Assembly (NCBI GenBank): GCA_050084515.1
Contig: CM114271.1
Span: 26,536,001 to 26,600,000, forward strand
Direction: 5' to 3'
DNA length: 64,000 nt
Source of the DNA: Blasia pusilla
Lineage: Eukaryota
The translations under genes were made by a program, and so were the position numbers. Within the stretch, counting starts at the first letter, position 1; each line of letters begins with the position of its first letter. Under the pieces are notes generated by a model. It had not been told where the DNA came from, did no database searches, and worked only from the letters and a program-made list of their open reading frames with translations. This document shows positions 53,601 to 64,000 of the stretch, in pieces.

Positions 53601-56600
53601 CAGTGTCCAGTTGGAGGTGAGAGGATAGCCACTCACAATGCAATGCGGGATATTATGTTCTCTATTGCTCGAGAGGGTGACTTCCATGTAGAGAGAGAGA
53701 GACACTACTCCATGCGGGATTCCCTTATCCGTGCTGATCTCTACATGACGCGGGAGTCTCAGGTGGTGGGAGCAGATGTTGTAGTGACAGATCCTACGCG
53801 GGAGGCGGTGCGAGCCCAAATGGAGGCACAAGGGAGATTTCTACAAGGAGCGGCGACGGTCAAGAAGACCCACATTTATAGTCGACTTCATGATGGACAT
53901 CGATTTATCCCCCTAGCCATTGAGATGTACGGGGCTATGGGGGAGAGGTTTGACTCGTTCCTTACGGACTGCGCCCATCATCTCTAGTCGAGAAATGGGT
54001 TATCCTTAGCCACTGTGATACTTTATTGTAGGCAACGGGTCTCCATAGCTTTGCAGCGTGCCCAAGAAAATGGGCTTTTGCGGCGAGCTCAGGCGCTTGG
54101 AGACGCCAATGCTAGAGGCCCACTTAGTAGTAGCCATAGTTCTCTAGGTGTTGTTGATATTTTCTCAACTGTTGGTGATTCTAGTCGTTAGGGGGGGAGG
54201 CCCCCTTCTATCTCTTTGGGGCCGATTTTGGCCCTTGGGGTTTTTTGGCTCTCTATGCCCCCCTCCTTTGTATCCTGATGGGTTTCCCATCCATTTTCTA
54301 TTTAAGTTTTATATTCTTTCTTCTTCTTACCTCGGACATCGTCAGGTTATGCAAAGTTCATTCTTTTTCACTCTTGTAGTGGTTTGGAATTCATTCACTC
54401 TCTTAATCCTTGTCAGTGAATCCAAACTTGTACCTAGTGTGCAGTCCTAGTGTACCGTCGGATCTCCACTCAAGCCTACACGTCGGATCTCCATCTTCCC
54501 ATCGGACAACCGAGATCTTCCTCTACATATGTCCAAATTTGGCTACCAAAGGTCCACCCCTAAGTATTAAGAAATTTTCACGACGCTGCCACCCAATTTA
54601 TGTAGGAGTGTATTGTTTAGGGTGTTTCTTTTTCCGATGTTCTATATTATAACTTGAATTTATTTTTAGATTACATTATTGGGAAGTTTGTGATTTCGTG
54701 TGAAATTCCATTCTATGTAATAATGATATCAATTGAACCATTAAAAAAATTCTAATCTATATTATTATGTGATAAATTTTTTTCAAACATTTTTTATTTT
54801 ACACGTGATGATTATTAATTGAAATATTTTAAAAAATGAATTTATGTGCAACATTCTTCCATCATTAATTTTTTTCATTGGACTATACACTATCGTCATT
54901 AATCCTTTTATGGACTATACAATACTAAGATTTTTTTTATTTCTTGTGGCACCTTAATAGTAAAAAAAATTAATCTATACTATTAAAAGAGTCTGGGGTT
55001 CCATGCAGGGGCTTTCTCCGCATGACACGTGTCCGTTATGAAGGCCTACCGACTTGCCACGTGTCCTTCCATACTCCCCTCCCAGGCTGCCATGTGTGGA
55101 TTTCTATTTAAGCATTTCGTGGCGGCATGTTTGGTATGATTATACCGTATATTTTTTGTACCAGAACCAACCGTACGTTGTATTAAAATTCAGTAGCCAG
55201 TAGCCGGTTTTTACCATTAAGGAAAGTAGTGGAGTTAGTGAACGACAGTTGCGATTTCATTCCATGAAATCTAATTTGAAACTAATCAGATTTGAAATGA
55301 GGCGGTTTGGACACTTCGGGGGTCTTAGAAACAAGTATTTAACCACTAAGCCAAGTCTCACATCGCGCTCTTGCAGCATTCACCATTCAATTCCACAGTT
55401 TGTACATACGGAGGACGTGAGGCTTAGATTTCCGTTTTTTTATTAGACTAAAAAGCTAAGCGTACACGAGTTTGCTTCACGCTTCATACAACAATTTTAT
55501 TCTCAGTTCTACTTTCTATTCTTTCCTACTACTACTACTACTACTATTCTTTAGGGGCAGGGTTATACAACCACTCTGCCCAACGCTAACTGATGTACAT
55601 GATGGCAGGAGTATATCCAAGGAGTAGATTTTGAAGACGACTACTATACTGTAAGTTCTCTCCTTCCAACATTGATTTTCCATGCTTTTGAATGTTGACA
55701 CCTGCAAACCCAGCATACACCAATAGCAGATTGCTAACAATACATTCTTCATTTGCAGAGCTGAACTGAGCAGAAGAGGTGAGATGTCTATAAGGCGTAC
55801 ATCTTTGAAATCTACACAAGCAAAGGGAAGCAATGTAATCAAGAAAACTTCCCTTTCGAGTTCAAAGAAATACTACGGTGTTAAGCCAGCGGATACTCCA
55901 CCTTCGGAGAGACCGTCATGGTCTCCAATTTGTGAAAATGACTCAATCAAGGTGGAGTCGAGTCCGAAAGATTCAGGCAAAGTCATCCCAGAATGGGGGA
56001 CACGATTAGTTTATGACAGCGATGGCAAAAGGGATTCACCACCCTCCTCAAAACCTATAGAGGAACCCTTCATCAAGCCAGATAGCGGCTTGAAATTCCC
56101 TTTACAGTCAGTGGAGTATCATATGCGGCCTACATCAAAGCAGCCTCTAAGTGACGATCTGAAACCAAGCAAAGGATGAAATGACCTGCACTCTTCAGAA
56201 GAGTACATTCCAAAGCCAGTTAAGGATATCCGAGTTGAAGAGAAAGTTCAAGGCCACAAACCAACCCAACCAGACTCTACTGGAAGTTCGAGTAGGAGCA
56301 CACAAAAGACGCCGAGGCTAGCTAGAAGACGAAGGAGATCAATGCAAGTGAGCGTTGCCTTCAAATTTATACTGTAAAGCTCTCTATGAAATGTAACCAA
56401 ATTTTGCAATTGTGTGCATTTGGTCACCCTGTATCCACTGTGACCAGCATCGTGAGCACTCCCGTCCCTAACCCGAAACCTACTTGGCATCTACCCAACC
56501 TGCAAAGCCAACTTTCCCATCAAGAATAAACCCACACACTTTGTTGCGAAAGCACACAAGGGCAGGCACCGGGTGACAGTCGCAATAAGGTGTCTATGAA

Positions 56601-57209
56601 CGTCAAAGTGCAGGGACCGAACACGGGGAGAGCCCTGGATGGCAGACGTAAGGGGAGGCCAAAAATAGAGCACATGGCTCAGGCTCGCCCGAGAATGCTC
56701 ATGCTTGCCCGAAGGTGACAGTGAGATCAATCGACAAGAGCGGATCCTGTAGGCAAACAGCAAAGAAGGGAAGGGGGGCAACACGACCTGCGCTTGCGCT
56801 CAAGAGCGCAACCTCGAGGTAAAACACCAAAGCTCCAAGAAAAATCAGTAGAGCCGTGAGCCACATTGAGAAACAGGCGGAGATTTCGAGCGGAGAAGAC
56901 AGGCCCGAGTGGCCTCCGCAGAGTGAGCGAGGATGGGGCAAACAGGCCCGAGCGGCCTCTGCTGAGTGACGAAAAGGAAGGTCATGGGCGGTCGCGAGGG
57001 CGAGCGTGAGGGCGCAAGGGCGCGCACCAAAGTGAGGCAGCTAGGGCGCGAGGGCGAGGCGCGGGCCGAGAGGGAGGGCGTTTAGACGAGGCGCAGAGAG
57101 GGAACGCACAGGCCGCTTAGGCCTGTGCGAAATGAGCGAGGGGGCGGGGAAGCCCGACCTTCTCACTTGCCGCTGAAAGCGGCGAGTGAGTGAGGAGGCC
57201 TTTGAACTT

Positions 57210-57293
57210 GGGCGGAGATCGGACCATCCGATCTCCGCCCCTTGATCCAACGGCTGTGACACAACTCTGAGATCGGACCGTCCGATCTCAGAG
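57210..57293. other. Two perfect hairpins (14-bp and 13-bp stems, 3-nt loops)
   Basis: gggcggagatcgga-cca-tccgatctccgccc and ctctgagatcgga-ccg-tccgatctcagag. Confidence 0.9.
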
Positions 57294-59273
57294 CCCTAAA
57301 TCGGACGGTGCTGATCCACCTATGATCCTACATCGTCACATTCGCCTCACCTAGATCTAACGCTCCGGATCGAAACAATCGGACGGTGGAAAATAATCAG
57401 GCTAAAATTCTCTTTTTTCAATTTTTTTTTCCTGTTTTCATTTTTCTTTTTCTTTCCTTCACTAATTTTTGTTTTCTTTCCCTCACTAATTTTTTTTTAA
57501 ATTCCAATAAAATCATTTCTTCCCTTCTATTCTCCCCCTCTTTGAAAAAATTCATTATTTCTCTCAAAATTTTCCCCTTCCCTTCCAAATTTTTTCTCTA
57601 CTTTTTTTAATCTTTTCTCCACTTTTTCCCTCCCTTCCCATTTCAGTTTTACTCTACTACATCATAAGTTCTATCGTATTTCTTTCCAATTTTTTCTTCT
57701 CAATCCCCCGTCCTTTTTTTAGGTTCCAAAGATTTTGATCCACTTTTTTCCTTTCTCTTACTTTTTCCTTTCTTTTCTCTTCTTTCACTCTACTTTTTAT
57801 TCTTCTCCACTTTCTCCCTTCCTTTCCATTTTAGTGCCAAATTTTCATCTACTATATCACACCTTCTATCTTATTTCTTTTCAATATCATCTTCTCAATT
57901 CCCCGTCTTTTTTTCTCGGTTCAAAATAATTTTCTCCGCTCTTTTCCTTTGTCTTACTTTTTCCTTTCTTTTCGAGGGGAATTTTTAAGTTCGTTATTAA
58001 TTTCTTTCACTCTATGTTTTTTTTCATCTTAATCTATTTCTCCACTTTCTTACCATTTTTCTCTTCATGTGTCTAGCAAATATTTTTGGATGTTGGGATG
58101 GAGCATCGTGCACTTCGTGATATTACAAATTTACCTCAAAGATTGCAACATGGAGAAGTACCTCTTGCTCCACTTGGTCTAATATCCCCAACATACGGTG
58201 CCCAAGTTCCTCCAATCTCTTTCAATTGTTGTGCTTTTGTGAGGGTGTTGAAATGCATTTTTTTTCCATATAATCTAACCATATGTTGGCCTTATTGTGT
58301 GTATAGACTTCCTCTCCCAGAAAATCCTGTAGATTTACGCGATTATCGAAAGGTACTTTGTGCCGAGCAAAAAGAAATCAAGCAATTCGTGCTCAAAAGT
58401 TAGGAGATCGAAGAAAACGACAACCATCCCCTCTCCTCATTGAATCATCTCCCACGTGAGTTTTTCCTATGGCCCATAATTTGCAATTTCGATTCTAATC
58501 CTTTTGAGCTTGTTTTAGCCTACTCACCCAAATTTTTGGTGCTCGTTTCAAACATTTTTGCATGCAATCTGGTTGCACAGACTTATTATTCCATCAAATC
58601 CAACTAGATTTCGTGACTTCCAAAAGGTATTACTTGGGGAGGCCCAAAAACGAAAACGACTTCTTCCTGCCGAGAGTTTAGCAATGAAAAAACAAAAAAA
58701 TGCAATCTATCAAAGAGATTACAAAAGAAGATGAGAAGTAAAAGGAGGAAGCCGTCACAACCTCTGTGACAATTGTACTACTATGCAAGACCTAATTTAT
58801 ACATAAGATAGTTGTAGGCATGGTATGTAGTTTCTCACGTTTCCTATATCACACATATATGCATTATCCATGAAATTTTGATGATTTTATTCTAATTTCT
58901 TGTTTGTAGGCCCGCGACCCACGAGGGGATTATGGACATTCCCAATGTAACATGTAACATTCCTATTATGGTGGATATCTATGTACCTCAAGATGGACAA
59001 CCTGTGAATAATTCTACGGCCATTATCGAGAACATATCCATTCAACAAGATGGTCAACCTACAAATGATGGTACAACAATGGTGGAGGAGATATCTATTC
59101 AACAAGAAGACGAGGTTATCGACAATTTTTCCATACACAATACATTTGAGGTATCTACTCATGTAACACCTAGTGATGTCAAGTAAGTATCTTCTGTATA
59201 TCATGGATTAAATCTCCCAACGGAGATTCCTCAATCACCAAAACATAATGTTGGACGAGTTTCAAGAGTTAAC

Positions 59274-62200
59274 ATGTCACGCAATGTTGCACGAATTCGG
59301 AACTTCCAAGAGAGCGATATAATGAAGTTAAGACTACGAGCAAGTATCAACCAACTAACTGGACGTCATACTATTGGTTCTATGACAGAAACATGCCCTT
59401 CATGTTATGCCTTACATTGGAAGTGTGAAAAGGTAAAGAGTACAAGGTATCGAAACTCGCCTTTTGGAATAAGTTGTAATCATGGAAAAGTACAACTCCC
59501 TTTCTTAAGGTGTTGTCCTCCATTCTTGAAATCGTTGATTTTGGTGTTGGAGCTGAAAGTCTTCATTTTCTTTCACACACTCGAGCTTATAATTGTGCTC
59601 TTCAGTTAACATCTAGTGGAGCTCGAGTCAAGGAGCAAGTTGCTGGCACCGGACACTTTCGTATTCAAGGTGGAATTTATCACAGCATCGGCCCATTGCA
59701 TCCCGATGAGGGGAGTAATCCCCAATTTGCTCAACTTTACATCTACGATACTGAAAATGAATTGGAAAATCGAGGAAGAGTTATGTCTAATGATCTCCGA
59801 CCTGGGATCTTAAGAGGGTTGCAAGATATGTTACATGAACATAATCCCTATGTGAGGATATTTCAACACATTGCAAATGAGGCAAGTGGATCTAATCTTC
59901 GTATCATTCTAAAGGCGCATGATCGAGGAATGGATTCCAAACGTTATAGCTTGCCAACTGCATCCGAGGTTGCGGCAATCTTACCTGGTGATGGTAGTGG
60001 ACATGTGAACCCACGTGATATTATTGTCCAATTATATGGTGGAGGACTTCGTCGTATTTCAGATCTAAATGAAGCATATGTTCCATTACATTTTGTTCTA
60101 TTATTTCTCTATGGTGAAGCAGGATGGCATCCATGAATACCTCTTGGGAGATTTGAGGAAATCACGAGTGCCAATATTCCTACTACATTGGATGGAGACA
60201 TGGAAGGATCTGATGGCTGTATTGAGGAAGAAAGAATTGATGATGAGATTCTTCATGAAGGAAGGAGAAAAATAGTTACAATGCTACAATTTGCCTCTTT
60301 TCGACTTCAAAACCGTGGCGGTGGCGATGACGATAATCGTTTGCTTTGATTTGGGCGTCTTACTCAAGAGTACATGGTTGATTTGTATGCTACAATAGAG
60401 ATGCAACGACTATCTTGGGTTTGATTAAATCAAAAGAGTTGCGAGCTGAATTATATCAAGGTCTAAAGGATATCCAATATCAAAGTGACGGAGATGGTGC
60501 AAGGTTTAGGAGGCGTATTGTATTGCCTTCTTCTTTTAGTGGAGGCCTACGCCATATGCATCAACTTCATCAAGATTCAGTGGCCATTGTGAGGCACCAT
60601 GGGAAACCAGATTACTTTCTAACAATGACGTGCAATCCTAAATAGGAGGAGATCACTTCAGCACTATTACCTGGTCAACAACCTACCAATAGACCATATT
60701 TGATTATGCGAGTTTTTGAGAAAAAAAAAAGGAGTTATTAAGGCTTATTCTCGAGAAGCACATATTGGGAAGGGTTTTTGGTTGCATTCATGTGGTTGAA
60801 TTCCATAAAAGAGGTCTACCACATGTACATATTTTGATTATTCTTCATCATGAGGATAAGCCACGCTCAACATCTGATTATGATGATATAATATCTTCTG
60901 AGATTCCTAATCCAAACACTCATCCCAGACTTCATTCTATTGTGGCTAATTGCATGGTTCATGGCCCATGTGGACAACTTAATCCAAATGCTCCATGCAT
61001 GGATAAGGAAATCAAGAAGTGTACCAAAGGTTATCCTAAGCCTTTTGCAAGCATAACTACGGAGAGTGAGGATGGATATCCGATTTATCGAAGGCATGTA
61101 ATCAAACTTTGCATCTTTTGGATTTTCAAAAATTCCCTAACTTCTGATTTTTTATAAGGTGAATTTCTATTAATGTTTTCCTTCATTCTTATGATACAGG
61201 TTGGATAATGGAATAAAAGTAATGAAGCGCGATCAAAGTTGGACAATCGTTGGGTCGTTCCTTACAATCCTTTGTTATGTACTCTCTTTGATTGTCATAT
61301 CAATTTGGAGATCACGAATACCATTTCATTTGTGAAATATTTATACAAATATGTATATAAGGGATCCGATGCGATATCATTTAAGGTTTCAAATAAGGCA
61401 AGCACTGAAACGACAAGGGAGGTAATCGATGAAACTTCACATTATCTTGATGCAAGATAATCACTCTTTTGTGAATTATTTTTCCATTCCTTCAATATGT
61501 CTACATTCGAGAACATATCACACTTTACTAATTTCTTTTCATCATTTTTGTGTATCATGTATATAGATACGTTTCTTCCTCTGAGGCATGTTGGAGGTGG
61601 TTCAAGTTTAGCTTACATGCGGAAAATCCAAGTATTATAAGGTTGGCAGTTCATCTACCCGAGTTACAAAGTATTTTCTTCAACGATCACGACAATGTTG
61701 AGGAGATACTACAAAGGAATAGGGAGAGAACTCTTACACAATGGTTTACAACTAATCAATTAGATTTGGAGGCTCGAAAATATCTATACATCGACTTTCC
61801 TTCCTATTATCGTTGGAACAAAAAAAAAAGATTCGTAGAATTCAAAGGAGAAATGGTTATGGTCATCCCATTGATCGCTTATATCTTACTCACCCAGGTA
61901 AATATGTTTGTACCCATAATGTACTTACAAATTACGTAAATTTTCAAGCGTCCTTTTCATTATTTTCATGTTTGGTATATTAAGCGATTACATTCAAGTT
62001 TTGATAGGTGAAGGAGAATGACATTGGTTGCGGTTGCTGCTTCATCATGTTCAAGGCGTAACTACGTATGAATACTTGAGAACTGTGCAAGGAGTACTAT
62101 ATTCAACATTTAAGGAGGCTGCTATTCTAATGGGGCTTCTTGAGGATGATAGGGAAGTATTCTCATGCTTTCAAGAAGCATTAGAAATCCGCACAGGTCG

Positions 62201-64000
62201 TACGCTTCGCCAACTCTTTGCAATTATTCTCGCTTACAACACCCTTACTCGACCTGCTCAACTATGGAGTCAATTTTTGATCCCACTCATAGAGGATATC
62301 TTATATGAACGACGCGTGGTAATTCCTATTCCTATTTTTATGATAATAATTCTTATTTTTGGCTTTTTCTTTTGGACTTACTCCCGTATCGTTTTCTATA
62401 TGCAGAAAACAGGGATTCCTGATCTTGCTCGAGATGCTTTAATTATTAACACATCATTATTGGATATCCACTACCATTTGCAAGCTCAAGGCAAACGATT
62501 ATCCGATATCCTTGATACGCCTCAAGCAGATTTCCAAGCTTCATCTTCATATTCGTATTTAGAAGCAGAAGAGCTCATGTATGATCGAGATGACTTATAT
62601 GAGCAAGCTAGGTTAGGAGAGGAAAATTTGAATGATGGACAAAGGTTGATTTGGGATTCTATACAAAATAAACTTGATAGCATTATTGCTGGTGATATTT
62701 CTTCAGGTTCAAAATTGTTCTTCATTGACGGGCCTGGTGGAACAAAAAAAACCTTTTTATATAATCTTCTTCTTGCAAGTGTATGAGGTGCTAGAGGCAA
62801 AGCTTTAGTTTTCGCTTCTTTGGGAATAGATGCTTTGTTGTTAAATGGAGGACGCACTGCGCACTCACGCTTCAAGATTCCAATTAATATAGATGAAAAC
62901 TCCACTTGCAAGTAAGTATTAAACCATTTTGTGACTTTGTAACTCTTTTAATATTGTTAAGATAACACTTATCCAACATAGTAATATCTTTTGGTATATT
63001 TTTTGTAGTTTACCTGTTAATAGCGAAATTGCACGCTTGATTCAAAGGGTCTGGCTTATCATATGGGATGAGGCACCGATGACTCATCGCCATGCATTTG
63101 AGGCTGTAAAGCGATCCTTTCAAGATATTATGGGAGTGGTATCGGAAGACTTGAGGAATGTTCGGTTTGGTGGCAAATTAGTAATCTTTGGTGGGGATTT
63201 TCGCCAAGTGTTACCTGTTGTTCGTCATGGAGACCGTCCACAAATTATTCAAGCCACATTAACGAGGTCATGTTTATGGTCTCATGTGAGGGTAATGAAT
63301 CTTACAACGAATTATGAGATGTCAAAATTTGGAGGTGAACATGCGTGTACAACAAAAAACTTTTGCAAATTGGTTACTGGAGGTTGGAGAGGGACGTGTG
63401 CCTTATGAATATCACTTGGGAGAGGATTTTATACAATTTCCAAATGATATGGTGACCAAGAGTAAGAATATAAGTGATCTTATTGACATCATCTATGGAA
63501 ATGATTATGAAAAGTTTTGTAACATCACATTTTTAAGAGATACAACAATTCTTACACCAAAAAATCGAGATGTTGATGATATCAATGCAGAAGTCATGTC
63601 TCGATTCTATGGAGAGGTAATATTGGTTGTCAAATAATTTTCATGTCATTTTCTTAGCAAATACTTGAATTATATCATGCATCAAAACTAAATTCATCTT
63701 CTAAGATATGTTTGTTCTATGCAGGAACGTACTTAGCTTAGTGTTGATTCTGTTCCAGATGAGGGAATGAGTTATATCTATCCGACAGAATTCCTAAATA
63801 CGTGCTTACCGTCAGGTTTACCATCGCATCGTTTAAGCTTGAAAATTGATGCGTCTATCATGCTTTTACGAAACTTGAATGGTTCAAAGGGACAAGCGAA
63901 TGGAACTCGATTGATGATCCGTGGATTCATGCAACATGTCATTGATGCTGAAATTATCACATGGAAGAACACTGGAGATCGAGTCTTTATTCCACGAATC
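59274..64000 (+). pseudogene. Helitron Rep/PIF1-like helicase with introns, stops and frameshifts
   Basis: Zinc finger CPSC..HW..CNHGKV; Rep motifs GKPDYFLTMTCNP, VEFHKRGLPHVHIL (HUH), YLYKY; helicase motifs GPGGT(K)KT, IIWDEAPM, GDFRQVLP, ILTPKN, LRNL..NGTRL. Confidence 0.95.

Larger units (their letters stand above)
38700..54330 (+). mobile_element. CRE-like RLE non-LTR retrotransposon, copy 2 (pieces ~38700-39692, 40730-41330, 52817-~54330), interrupted by nested LTR elements
   Basis: C2H2 finger; RT motifs GIRPIAIGE, DVENAFNSV, QGDPL; C-terminal HLAQC..H knuckle and restriction-like endonuclease RADL...DVVVTDP...K...FIPLAIEMYG (53580-53987). The 3' boundary is approximate. Confidence 0.85.
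54974..64000 (+). mobile_element. Helitron (RepHel-encoding, disrupted; 3' end beyond the window)
   Basis: 5' end A|TCTATACTATTAAAAG at 54974, followed by a RepHel gene. Confidence 0.88.

Overview
Eukaryotic nuclear DNA from a TE-dense region, most likely a non-seed land plant. This is inferred from spliceosomal introns, an RWP-RK gene and a mitochondrial rps3 fragment that looks bryophyte-type rather than angiosperm-type. One apparently intact host gene is present: a 7-exon RWP-RK (RKD/MID-like, no PB1) transcription factor at ~3.2-7.1 kb, with a mitochondrial rps3/rpl16 insert abutting its predicted stop codon. The rest is mostly TEs: hAT-type MITEs, a full-length young chromovirus (11145-18472, TSD TCCGT), a hAT transposase, two CRE-like RLE non-LTR retrotransposons, three solo LTR-like units and a Helitron running off the end, plus NB-ARC and LRR-like gene relics. 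The standout is a decayed Ty3/Gypsy element (~41331-52816, minus strand) with domain order gag-PR-C5 DNA methyltransferase-RT-RNaseH-integrase-PHD finger. Its ends are arranged as split direct repeats (X...Y-X-Y') rather than normal LTRs, and no tRNA primer-binding site is visible. All calls are from reading by eye; no searches or alignments were run.
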